NCBI GenBank assembly: GCA_001600695.1
Contig: BCKQ01000003.1
Coordinates: 2,006,034-2,066,014, forward strand
Origin: Ascoidea asiatica JCM 7603
Taxonomy: Eukaryota; Fungi; Ascomycota
Reading direction: 5' to 3'
DNA: 59,981 nt
Position numbers and translations under genes: made by a program. Below, piece by piece: positions 40,851 through 50,920 of the stretch; within the stretch, counting starts at the first letter, position 1, and each line of letters starts with the position of its first letter. Below the pieces are notes generated by a model, which saw only the letters and a program-made list of their open reading frames with translations, had not been told where the DNA came from and did not search any database.

Positions 40851-42635
40851 ATGGGATTTTTTGACCCTGGAAATAGTTATAAAAGAAGAAGAGTTTCTTC
40901 AAAGGTCTCTCAAGTATTATCTCAACAACCCAATTCAAGCTATAAAATCTCATCTTCAGATAATGTCACAGGTATTTCACATCAAAAATCTTCCCAAGAT
41001 ATTTTCAAAGTTGTATCACCTTTATATCGACTTTCAGATGATTTGCTTTTAAAAATCTTTTTGAATTTAGGTCAATCAGACTATATCAATTTTCTTTTGG
41101 TGAATAAAACTATTTACAAGATCATTTGCTCAAATAGGAATTATCTTGTGAGAAAAATCGTCAAACTAAATACTTTAAACTTAAATATGAATATATATGA
41201 TTTGCATTACTTCATACATAAGGAAAATTCTTATATTGAGTCCAATATGCTCCCAAGAATCCAAATGAAAGTCAAGAAGCCCAGTCCCAGAAAGCATCAA
41301 AAGTTAGTAATAAATTCGGCAATATTGAAACTAAAAATTATTGACTTTGGTACATTAAAATGGATGAGTTCAAATTTCAAGAGCAATGTTAATTTTATGG
41401 ATTTAAGATCTTCCTTGATGGAAATGAATAACAGAGCTCTTTTTTATAAAAGATTCAAAGAAATTCAATTTTATTCCCACCTAACTATCTTGGTGATTTT
41501 TATGAAATTTAATGAAGATTTCGATACCCAAAAGTTATTTAAATATAGATGGGCGGATACTAAGGTAATTCATGAAATTTATACCAAATATATTACACGA
41601 GAGTGGATTCAAAAACTTCTCACTTCAAAAATAAATCATTATAAAAAAAATCAACATGGTTCCATACCTAAAAATATTCTTACTAAAATTCAAATGTATG
41701 AGGATATTTTAGCTAATTTTAATAAAAAGGAAAGCGAAGACATTGATCATCGAATCTCTATTTTAGCTCAAACATATATCAAAGAAAAAAAATTTCTAAA
41801 AAAGGTTTTAGTCACATATAATTCTCTATCTAATTTTTTAAAATATTCTGATTTAGAAAATCCCTATTTGATACATCTTAAAACGTTTTTTGAGTTCTAC
41901 CACAAAATTTACGTAAACAGTAATATTTTAAATCTCAATCATAAAGAGTATAGTTTCAGTTTTCCTATAACTGAATGTACAAAAAGCTTGTTTATTTCTC
42001 TACAAATAAATCATATAAATTTAAACTTGATGAAATCAATCAATTTCATGAATCATCACACCAATATAAGACTATCAGATCATAAAGTAGAAGATTTGAT
42101 ATGCCGTTTTATTAACAAATATACAAATAGAACTAACTTGTTTCAAAGAAATCATATAAATTCACCAAATCGTAAAAACAGACTAACCAATGAAAGAGAA
42201 TCAAGTCAAACAAATATCAATTGTGAACCATCCACTTATCAAATCTCAGTTATTTCCAATAAAGAAAAAAAGAGCAGAAGTAGTCCTTTAAAAGATGATA
42301 ATACTAATAATTATGTTACTTTAAACTTTGCGAAAATCAAAAAAATATATGAAATTCCTATACCTTTAATATTAAAAGAATTTTTAGCCATAAGAAATGG
42401 AATAAATCGTAAATTACCATTGGAGATCCAAACAGCAGGTCCAATTTTCAAATGCTTTAAAAAAAAAGATTTGGTTATTGCAGAAGATATTATCCGATTT
42501 ATGTCAGATATTGAATCCTTTAACCAAAATGTAACTTTATGGGAAAATATAATTGGATCAAAATCTATTGAATATTGGGAATTTTTATCTTTAAAAGGAT
42601 TCAACCCATGCCCAAGTATTGTTAATATTCAATAA
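40851..42635 (+). CDS. Putative F-box protein
   Basis: LYRLSDDLLLKIFLNLGQSDYINFLLVNKTIYKII fits the F-box pattern (L..LP.ELL..IF..L....L.....V.K....I); remainder unrecognised. Confidence 0.65.
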   Translation: MGFFDPGNSYKRRRVSSKVSQVLSQQPNSSYKISSSDNVTGISHQKSSQDIFKVVSPLYRLSDDLLLKIFLNLGQSDYINFLLVNKTIYKIICSNRNYLVRKIVKLNTLNLNMNIYDLHYFIHKENSYIESNMLPRIQMKVKKPSPRKHQKLVINSAILKLKIIDFGTLKWMSSNFKSNVNFMDLRSSLMEMNNRALFYKRFKEIQFYSHLTILVIFMKFNEDFDTQKLFKYRWADTKVIHEIYTKYITREWIQKLLTSKINHYKKNQHGSIPKNILTKIQMYEDILANFNKKESEDIDHRISILAQTYIKEKKFLKKVLVTYNSLSNFLKYSDLENPYLIHLKTFFEFYHKIYVNSNILNLNHKEYSFSFPITECTKSLFISLQINHINLNLMKSINFMNHHTNIRLSDHKVEDLICRFINKYTNRTNLFQRNHINSPNRKNRLTNERESSQTNINCEPSTYQISVISNKEKKSRSSPLKDDNTNNYVTLNFAKIKKIYEIPIPLILKEFLAIRNGINRKLPLEIQTAGPIFKCFKKKDLVIAEDIIRFMSDIESFNQNVTLWENIIGSKSIEYWEFLSLKGFNPCPSIVNIQ

Positions 42636-42655
42636 TATATAAGTTCATTTTTTTA

Positions 42656-44974
42656 TTATTCAAGTGGTGACAAATTTTCATCAAGTAAGTTATCAAATTC
42701 TTCAAAATCCTCATTTGATAAAAAAGTTTCCGCTAAACTTTTAAGTCGTTTTTTAAATTTATTGTCATTTTTTTCATTTATATTTCCTTTTAAAATATCA
42801 TCATTGTCTATATTATAACCATCATTTCCAAATGTTAATATTTTATTTCGTTTCATTAATAGTAATGCATCATCAATATTAATAGTTTTTTTTGCTTTCG
42901 AATGTTCTGTATATGCTATTAAATCTTCGACTTGTGTAAAAATAAATTCTTGAGAAATACTATCAATGGCATCTAAAATTTCTTTTGTAAGTCTTTCTTT
43001 TTTAGGTTTTGTTTGAATTATTTCCATAATATCAGATTTTTTATTAAGAATTAGATTATTGAAAGAAAAAAATTCAGAAATTTCTTTAATATTTTTTTTA
43101 GGTATTAATAAACCTTGTGAGAATGTAGAATCTTGAGGAAAAAGGGAATAAGGTATTTTCAAAGAAAGTCGATTAATATTTATATTTTCATTAAAAGAAT
43201 CTCTTGAAAGTATTGAAGAATCAGATGAATATTCATTATTAATATTATTATTAATATTTCCGGTATGCTTATTTATATTATTATTCGAAGGGTAAGAATC
43301 ATTAAAAATATTATTAATAATATCATCATTATTAAGATTTGCTATAATTTCATCATTATCAGAATATTGAATAATTTCATTAGAATCTTTTGATGAATTG
43401 ATATTAATATCATTATTTTCATTAAAATCTGAATTTACAATTTCATTAGATATATTGATATCATTATCTATATCATTATCTATATCATTATCTATATCAT
43501 TATCTATATCAAAATCATTGTGATCAATAAACTGATTAGATAAATTTTTAGATGTATTAGAAATATCGGAAATATTATCTATATTTGTATTGATATTTGC
43601 ATGTAAGTCATGAATGGTTTCGTTTTCTGAAGGTTCTTGATTCTCTGGAACATCTTCATTATCTGGAATATTATCATTTTCTGGAACATCTTCATTATCC
43701 GAACTATTTTCATCATTATTATTAGTTTCTAATAGATTGAAAAAAGAAGAATTTTTATTTAAATTAGTAATATTAGATTCCAACTTTCCCAACTTTTCCA
43801 ATTTTTCCAAGTTTTCTAAGTTTTCTAAGTTCTCTAAGTTTTGATCAAAATTTGTAGAAATATTATCTAGAATATCATTATCAATATCATTATCAATATC
43901 AAGTTGAGAAGTTGAAGAATTAAGTGAATCAAAATTTATTGAAATTTTTGAGATATTATTATCAATATCATTATTATTATTATTATTATGATCATTAATT
44001 AAAGAATTATCATTTGTAATTTTAAATTGATTTAAATCAAAAGAATTTGATAAAATTGATTTATTAATTGATAATTTTCTTTTTAATTCTAAAGTTTGAT
44101 TTAAAAAAGAAATATTTGAATCTAATTTTGAAATTGAATTATCATTAATTATTAAATTTTTAGTTTGAATATAATCTTTTTCAGTTGAAATCATTTCATT
44201 AATAATTGAATTATTTATTGTATCTTCAAGAGATCTTGGTCTTGGAGATTTCATTGGGTAAAATGAAGATGACGAAGATGATGATGATGATGATGAAGAA
44301 GTTGACGAAGAAGTTCTCATGGGTAAACTTCTTGAAGGATTATTTATAGGAGTTTTAATAATATTATTATAATTGTCTATTTCATTATTAACATTATCAT
44401 CTATTTCATTATTAGCTTCATGATCTATTTGATTGTATATTTGATTATTCAATTGGTTATCTATTCGATTATCTTTTTGATTATTTATTCGATTACCTTT
44501 TTGATTATTTATCTGATTATCTATTCGATTATCTTTTACATTATTGATGATATTCTTTGTATTGATATTCTGTTTACTATTTGATAATTTTTCATTAATA
44601 ATAACTCTTGATAAAATTCTTAAGTCATTAATTGGACTAATTTTAGATCTATTTTTTTGTTTTAATAAAGAATATTTATCAATTTTAGTTGGAGTTTTTA
44701 AATTTGATAAATTTTTACTTGGAGTATTTAACTTCTTTTTTTGTTTAAAATTAGTTGGAGTGCTTTGATTAATTGCCTTTCTAGTATATTCAGTTAATGG
44801 AGTATTTCTAAGTGAATGTCTTCTTTTTTTTCTTTTTGAAGTTGAGTTTATTAGAGGATTACCGGTACTATTTCTTCTTATTGGTCTCTTTGTTGGAGAT
44901 AACTGAACATGAGTTGAATTGTGATGAAGAAGTTCAGTGAAAGAACGAGCAGTATTGTCAGCATCAATTACCAT
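42656..44974 (-). CDS. CNN1: Kinetochore protein CENP-T (Cnn1/Cnp20 orthologue)
   Basis: C-terminal histone fold RLTKEILDAIDSISQEFIFTQVEDLIAYTEHSKAKKTINIDDALLLMKR; N-terminal SPINDLRILSRVI helix and many S/T-P sites; long disordered linker. Confidence 0.78.
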   Translation of the reverse strand: MVIDADNTARSFTELLHHNSTHVQLSPTKRPIRRNSTGNPLINSTSKRKKRRHSLRNTPLTEYTRKAINQSTPTNFKQKKKLNTPSKNLSNLKTPTKIDKYSLLKQKNRSKISPINDLRILSRVIINEKLSNSKQNINTKNIINNVKDNRIDNQINNQKGNRINNQKDNRIDNQLNNQIYNQIDHEANNEIDDNVNNEIDNYNNIIKTPINNPSRSLPMRTSSSTSSSSSSSSSSSSFYPMKSPRPRSLEDTINNSIINEMISTEKDYIQTKNLIINDNSISKLDSNISFLNQTLELKRKLSINKSILSNSFDLNQFKITNDNSLINDHNNNNNNDIDNNISKISINFDSLNSSTSQLDIDNDIDNDILDNISTNFDQNLENLENLENLEKLEKLGKLESNITNLNKNSSFFNLLETNNNDENSSDNEDVPENDNIPDNEDVPENQEPSENETIHDLHANINTNIDNISDISNTSKNLSNQFIDHNDFDIDNDIDNDIDNDIDNDINISNEIVNSDFNENNDININSSKDSNEIIQYSDNDEIIANLNNDDIINNIFNDSYPSNNNINKHTGNINNNINNEYSSDSSILSRDSFNENININRLSLKIPYSLFPQDSTFSQGLLIPKKNIKEISEFFSFNNLILNKKSDIMEIIQTKPKKERLTKEILDAIDSISQEFIFTQVEDLIAYTEHSKAKKTINIDDALLLMKRNKILTFGNDGYNIDNDDILKGNINEKNDNKFKKRLKSLAETFLSNEDFEEFDNLLDENLSPLE

Positions 44975-45182
44975 GAGTAAAGTAAAAAGAATATAAATTA
45001 TGAATATATATATATGTTGAATATGAAATAAGTCTTGATAATTGGATCAAGTTTGGATATGCTTTCGTCTTGATTCTTGATTCTTGATTCGTGCAATAAT
45101 TCTGCTTTGTTTACAATTCAAAGCTTCTTTTTTATCTGTCAACGGTCAATGCTAAAAATAATAGCAATAACAAACACCTTCA

Positions 45183-45298
45183 CCGATATCCGGGCTCTTT
45201 TCCGGTATACAAATCACGTGTAGAAATGTAGGCTAATAGCAGTTAGGTTTTAGGACATAAAAATCCAGGACAGAAACAACCACGTGCGGTAACACGTG
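45183..45298. promoter_or_regulatory. Three CACGTG E-boxes (45215, 45281, 45293) plus CCGATATCCGGG in CNN1/MET6 divergent promoter
   Basis: Exact motifs within a GC-rich island upstream of MET6; Cbf1 control of MET genes is established. Confidence 0.65.
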
Positions 45299-45969
45299 CA
45301 TCGGTGCTTGCTATCCGTGGACTGTTTCTGTGTTTCCGTGGGGTCTGTGTGTACGAGCGGGTACGACCACGCCCACCGAGCGCTAGGTCCCGTGCGCTGT
45401 CAAGATAGCTGCGTGTGGCGCGTGTACGAGCCCTGCCATTCTCGCTCCTAGCACATGCTATCACCACTCTCACCACTTTACCACTGCTTCTGCTTCTGCT
45501 TCTGTTTACTTCTCTCTTTCTTCACTTTCTTCTTTTTCTTCCTTTGCTGCTTGCCAACAAAATCCGCCTGTTTTTGTCTTTTTTGTCTGTTCGTTGGCCT
45601 GTGCCGGTGTTTTGATTGGCTGTTGCTACTCTCTCTACAACTTTTTTTTTCATTTTCCAGATTTTGATTCATATTTCGGATTTCAATCTGAACCATTTTC
45701 ACTTGCAAAATATTTCATATAAATATATTCTCAATTGGCTCTATTTTATTTATATATCTGGTTTTATTTTCTTCTTTTCTTTTTAAATTCATATCGTATT
45801 TATCTTTAATTTACTTGAATAACTCAATTCTTTTTCAAATTTATTATTGAATTTCTACTTTAATCCCCATTTCTCTATTATAAATTTTTCAATTATTATT
45901 ATAATAATATAATTATTATTAATAATACTCTCTTATATATAAATAGTTCATATTTCACTTTTATAAATA

Positions 45970-48291
45970 ATGGTTTCTTCTTCAATCTTAGGTTTTCCAA
46001 GAATTGGTCCTTTAAGAGAATTAAAAAAAGCAACTGAATCTTATTGGAATGATAAAATTTCTCAAGATGATTTAATTAAAGTTGGTAAAGATTTAAGAAT
46101 TAATAATTGGAATTTACAAAAAAATGCCGGAATTAAAAATATACCTTCAAATGATTTTTCTTTTTATGATCATGTATTAGATTTATCAATTTTATTTAAT
46201 GTAATTCCAGAAAAATATCTTCAAAATAATTTATCTAAAATTGATATTTTATTTGCAATGGGTAGAGGTTTACAAAAATTTGATAAAAAAATTGATTTAC
46301 CTGCTTGTGAAATGGTAAAATGGTTTGATTCAAATTATCATTATGTTAGACCAACTTTTTCAAATAAAACTACTTTTAAATTATCTGATAATGATAATGA
46401 TATTAAACCAATTAATGAATATCTTGAAGCAAAAAATATTTTAAATATTGAAACAACTCCTGTTTTATTAGGTCCAATTTCTTTTCTTTATTTAGGTAAA
46501 TCTGAAAAAGATTCAAAAGATTTAAATCCAATTTCTTTATTAGATAATTTATTACCTGTTTATTTACAATTACTTAAAAAATTATTTAAAATTGGTGTTA
46601 AAAATATTCAAATTGATGAACCAATTTTAGTTTTAGATTTACCAAAAAATGTTAAATCTTCTTTTAAATTAGCTTATAATTATTTTTCAAAAGAAAAAAA
46701 TTTAATTCCAGAAATTACTTTTTCAACTTATTTTGGTGATGTTTTACCAAATTTAGATTCAATTAAAGATTTACCTGTAAAAACTTTACATTTTGATTTT
46801 ATTCGTGGTAAATGTCAATTAAATCAAATTTTAGATGTTTTAAATGATAATCAAAATTTATCAATTGGTATTATTGATGGTAGAAATATTTGGAAAAATG
46901 ATTTATCAAATTCAATTGAATTTATTAAACCAATTTTTGATAAATTAGGTTCTGAAAGAATTATAATTTCAACTTCTTCTTCATTATTACATACTCCTGT
47001 TGATTTGAATAATGAAAAAAAATTAATTCCTGAAATTAAAGATTTTTTTAGTTTTGCAACTCAAAAATTAAATGAAGTTGTAATTTTATCAAATTATTTT
47101 AATAATTCAAATGATGAAAAAACTTTAAATTTAATTAAAATTAATAAAGAATCAATTGAAAAACGTAAAAATTCAAGTTTTACAAATGATAAAATTGTTC
47201 AAGAAAAAGTTAATTCAATTACTGATGATTTATCAAAAAGATCTTCAAGTTTTCCAGATAGATTAATTGTTCAAAAAAAGAAATTTAATTTACCTTTATT
47301 TCCAACAACAACTATTGGTTCATTTCCACAAACCAAACAAATTAGAACAACAAGAAATAAATTTAATAAAGGTTTAATTACTGAAGATGAATATGATTCT
47401 TTTATTAAAACTCAAATTGATGAAGTTGTTAAATTTCAAGAAGATATTGATTTAGATGTTTTAGTTCATGGTGAACCTGAAAGAAATGATATGGTTCAAT
47501 ATTTTGGTGAAAAATTAAATGGTTATGCTTTTACAACTAATGGTTGGGTTCAATCTTATGGTTCAAGATATGTTAGACCTCCAATTATTGTTGGTGATAT
47601 TTCAAGACCAAAACCAATGACTGTTAAAGAATCTGTTTATGCTCAATCAATAACTAAAAAACCAATGAAAGGTATGTTAACAGGTCCAATTACTTGTCTC
47701 AGATGGTCATTCCCAAGAGATGATATTTCTTTAAAACAACAATCTTATCAATTATCTTTAGCTTTAAGAGATGAAGTTAATGATTTAGAAAAAGCTGGTA
47801 TTAGTGTTATTCAAGTTGATGAACCTGCAATCAGAGAAGGTTTACCTTTAAGAGATGGTGATGAAAGAAAAGAATATTTAGATTATGCAGGTAAATCTTT
47901 TAGAATTTCAACTTCTGGTGTCAAAGATGAAACTCAAATTCATTCTCATTTCTGTTATTCTGATTTAGATCCTGATCATATTAAAGCTTTAGATGCTGAT
48001 GTTGTTTCAATTGAATTTTCTAAAAAAGATGATCCAAATTATATTCAAGAATTTTCAAATTATCCAAATCATATTGGTTTAGGTTTATTTGATATTCATT
48101 CTCCAAGAATTCCTTCAAAAGAAGAATTCATTAATAGAATTGCAGAAATCTTAAAAGTTTATCCTGCTGATAAATTTTGGGTTAATCCAGATTGTGGTTT
48201 AAAAACTAGACAATGGGTTGAGGTTAAAGATCAATTAACTAATATGGTTGATGCTGCAAAATTCTATCGTGAAAAATCCAAATCTGATTAA
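45970..48291 (+). CDS. MET6: Cobalamin-independent methionine synthase
   Basis: GFPRIGPLRELK, EMVKWFDSNYHY, PTTTIGSFPQT, VHGEPERNDMV, WVQSYGSRYVRPP, Zn ligands HFCYSD..E and WVNPDCGLKTR. Confidence 0.98.
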   Translation: MVSSSILGFPRIGPLRELKKATESYWNDKISQDDLIKVGKDLRINNWNLQKNAGIKNIPSNDFSFYDHVLDLSILFNVIPEKYLQNNLSKIDILFAMGRGLQKFDKKIDLPACEMVKWFDSNYHYVRPTFSNKTTFKLSDNDNDIKPINEYLEAKNILNIETTPVLLGPISFLYLGKSEKDSKDLNPISLLDNLLPVYLQLLKKLFKIGVKNIQIDEPILVLDLPKNVKSSFKLAYNYFSKEKNLIPEITFSTYFGDVLPNLDSIKDLPVKTLHFDFIRGKCQLNQILDVLNDNQNLSIGIIDGRNIWKNDLSNSIEFIKPIFDKLGSERIIISTSSSLLHTPVDLNNEKKLIPEIKDFFSFATQKLNEVVILSNYFNNSNDEKTLNLIKINKESIEKRKNSSFTNDKIVQEKVNSITDDLSKRSSSFPDRLIVQKKKFNLPLFPTTTIGSFPQTKQIRTTRNKFNKGLITEDEYDSFIKTQIDEVVKFQEDIDLDVLVHGEPERNDMVQYFGEKLNGYAFTTNGWVQSYGSRYVRPPIIVGDISRPKPMTVKESVYAQSITKKPMKGMLTGPITCLRWSFPRDDISLKQQSYQLSLALRDEVNDLEKAGISVIQVDEPAIREGLPLRDGDERKEYLDYAGKSFRISTSGVKDETQIHSHFCYSDLDPDHIKALDADVVSIEFSKKDDPNYIQEFSNYPNHIGLGLFDIHSPRIPSKEEFINRIAEILKVYPADKFWVNPDCGLKTRQWVEVKDQLTNMVDAAKFYREKSKSD

Positions 48292-48792
48292 ATTATGTGA
48301 TAATAATTTAAATCAAAAACCAATTTTTACTAGCTGGTTTCCTAGTATAATATTATAATTCAACATTCATATACATTATACTTCTTATTTAAGAAATATT
48401 ATTAATTTATTTTATTTATTTTTTCTCCTTTTTCTTATTTTTATTTTTATTCTAGTCATATTTTTAACTTTCAAAATTTTTTTTCAACTTATTTATCTCA
48501 ATTTCTCTCACTTTTTTATTTCCTTTTTATGTGTGCTTTTGGTGCTTATGATTTGTGATGTCTTTCAACTGTATTTTATTTATTATCAACGTGCTCTTCA
48601 ACAGACGTGATCTTCAACAGATGTATCTAATACATAAACTTTATTCTTTTTAATTTTTTCATGTAGTATCACTAGTAGTTCTTATGATTTGTTATATTAT
48701 TATACAATATAAAATTTATTGAGAAGTTTAAAACAATTAGATTTATAAGTTTTTAATAAAAAAAAAAAAAAAGGACATTTAATGAAGTTTAT

Positions 48793-50412
48793 TTAAGAAA
48801 ATTCTTTAACTAATTGAGAAACTTTATTAGCCAATTCATCAGCAGCTTCTTTAGTTGAAGCTTCCGCGTAAACACGTACAGCATCTTCAGTACCACTTGC
48901 TCTAACAAAACTTCTACCATCTGGATAAGTTTTAACTAAATCATCAATTTTTTCTTGTAAACCTTTTGGTTCTGTTAAAGTTCTTTCAGCATTAGTTGTT
49001 TTAAACAAATTTCTATCTTTAACAATAACTTTTAATAATTTATTTGGTAAATCATTATAATTTGAATTCCAATCAGTTGTGTTATTATTTGAAAGTTTCA
49101 ATAAAATTAAAATTGTTAATAAATCACTTATTGAATCACCAACAGTTTGATTAATTAATTCAGTTAAATAAAATAAGGTTTTAATTTCGGATAAATTTTT
49201 ATTTAAAGGATTTTCCATTTCTTTTGTAACTTGATTAATTAAATATTGAGAAAATAAAACAGTACCATGACCATTTGCTTCAAAATATATACCAATATCA
49301 TAATTTTGAGCAACGTGATGTAAATGTTTAACACCAGTTGAAGTACAATCAACAGGAACTTTTAAATTATTTTTTAAATAATTTGTTGAAGAACCATTTG
49401 CATAAGCAGTTTGTACAACACCAAGAGTTAAAATCAAACCAGAATGTTTAATTAAATTAATAAAATATTTAGCTAAAAAAGTTGAGATTTTATCACCATC
49501 TAACAATTGAAATTTATTATTAATTGGATTAATAAAATAAAATAAAACTCTATCAGCATCTCCATCAAATGAAGAATATAATAGTAAAGGTTCAGCTTTA
49601 CAATTTTCAGGTAATTTTTGATTTGTTTTAACAAAATCTGCACCACAATTATGATTCAATAAATTTGGATTTGTATAATTATTATTTATGATATTAAAGT
49701 TATTAAAATAATCTTTTAAATAATTATTTATTAATGTTTGAATTTTTGGACCACCAATACCATTTGCACTATCAATTGTGATAACAATTTTATTATCTTT
49801 TAAATTATTAATTTCATAAATTTTTTTAAAAGAATTTGATAATTTTTGATAATAACCTAATTCAGTTGGAATACCAAATCTACTATTTGTATTTATACAT
49901 CTAACAATATAATGTAATTGTGGAGTTGTTAATAAATTGAAATCTTTTAAATTTGTATTAAAGATTTTCAAACCATCTTTTGTTGAATTCAATAATTTTA
50001 ACCCAGATTCTCTGGAATCTCTTGCAATTATAACATTTGGTTCAAATGAATTCTCAGATATATCAATATTCAAAAGCTTTATTAAATTTTTAATTTCATT
50101 AATTAAATCATTTTTTGTATTTGTATTTGCAAAAATAGTTGCATAAGATTCCCAGGATTGAGCTAACATTTCACCCATTGGATCAATTAATTTAACACCA
50201 TTATCTTCAGGAGGATTATGAGAAGCAGTAATCATTATACCAACAGTTTTTCCATCTAAATATAAAGATCTTAAAGATGCTAAAATTCCAGTTGTATAAA
50301 CAACATAGTCTAAGTATTTTGCATTCATTCTAAAACCTGCAGTACCATATTGAAATTTGGTATCAATTGGTTTGGAATGAATCTCTGAGAATTGTTCAAT
50401 TAAAGCTTCCAT
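48793..50412 (-). CDS. PCM1: Phosphoacetylglucosamine mutase
   Basis: YGTAGFR, MITASHNP, FDGDADR, YFEANGHG, RSFVRASGTED. First ATG at 50412; track start 50427 is TTG. Confidence 0.96.
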   Translation of the reverse strand: MEALIEQFSEIHSKPIDTKFQYGTAGFRMNAKYLDYVVYTTGILASLRSLYLDGKTVGIMITASHNPPEDNGVKLIDPMGEMLAQSWESYATIFANTNTKNDLINEIKNLIKLLNIDISENSFEPNVIIARDSRESGLKLLNSTKDGLKIFNTNLKDFNLLTTPQLHYIVRCINTNSRFGIPTELGYYQKLSNSFKKIYEINNLKDNKIVITIDSANGIGGPKIQTLINNYLKDYFNNFNIINNNYTNPNLLNHNCGADFVKTNQKLPENCKAEPLLLYSSFDGDADRVLFYFINPINNKFQLLDGDKISTFLAKYFINLIKHSGLILTLGVVQTAYANGSSTNYLKNNLKVPVDCTSTGVKHLHHVAQNYDIGIYFEANGHGTVLFSQYLINQVTKEMENPLNKNLSEIKTLFYLTELINQTVGDSISDLLTILILLKLSNNNTTDWNSNYNDLPNKLLKVIVKDRNLFKTTNAERTLTEPKGLQEKIDDLVKTYPDGRSFVRASGTEDAVRVYAEASTKEAADELANKVSQLVKEFS

Positions 50413-50920
50413 TGTTGTATGTATCAAAGTTGTTAATCACCAAGTAATAGTTAGTCAATTAGTCAATTATCAATCAAAATAATCAAAAATAAAGGTATTT
50501 CTCTTTTTTATATGCTCCATTTCTACACTTTATAAATAAACGTTTAGTGTATTCTTTATTCGCTCATCGCGCGGGTTGCAGCGAGGCAAAGCAGGCACTG
50601 CCACTCCGCCACATTTATTCATCAGCCACTTCTCAGTTTCGGCTGCTTTTTTTTTTTCCACTCCTCAGGCTTTTACAGCAGCTTCAGCTGTTTCTGGTGC
50701 TTTTGCTGCTTGGGTGCTTGTGCTATGTGTCATAGTATTTGCGTATCTATATTCTTAAATCATGTCTATGTAAAAAAATAAAAAATAAAAAATAAAAAAG
50801 TAGTAGTAAGCTGGGAAACGTGTAAGGGAAACAAAAGGATCACATCATCAGATTTGAAAAGAAATTCAGGAAACAAAAAATAAAATAAATTAAAATTGAG
50901 TAAAGGGCAGAAAAAAAAAA

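Noticed and set aside
545-48291. Possible sulfur/methionine gene cluster (TUM1, MET2, MET6)
   Set aside because: Genes are 19-24 kb apart with many unrelated genes between them; compatible with chance.
50413-50470. Possible 5' intron in PCM1 (GACTAAC on minus strand)
   Set aside because: No 3' AG before the ATG, no upstream GTATGT/GTAAGT donor, and the ORF is complete without splicing.
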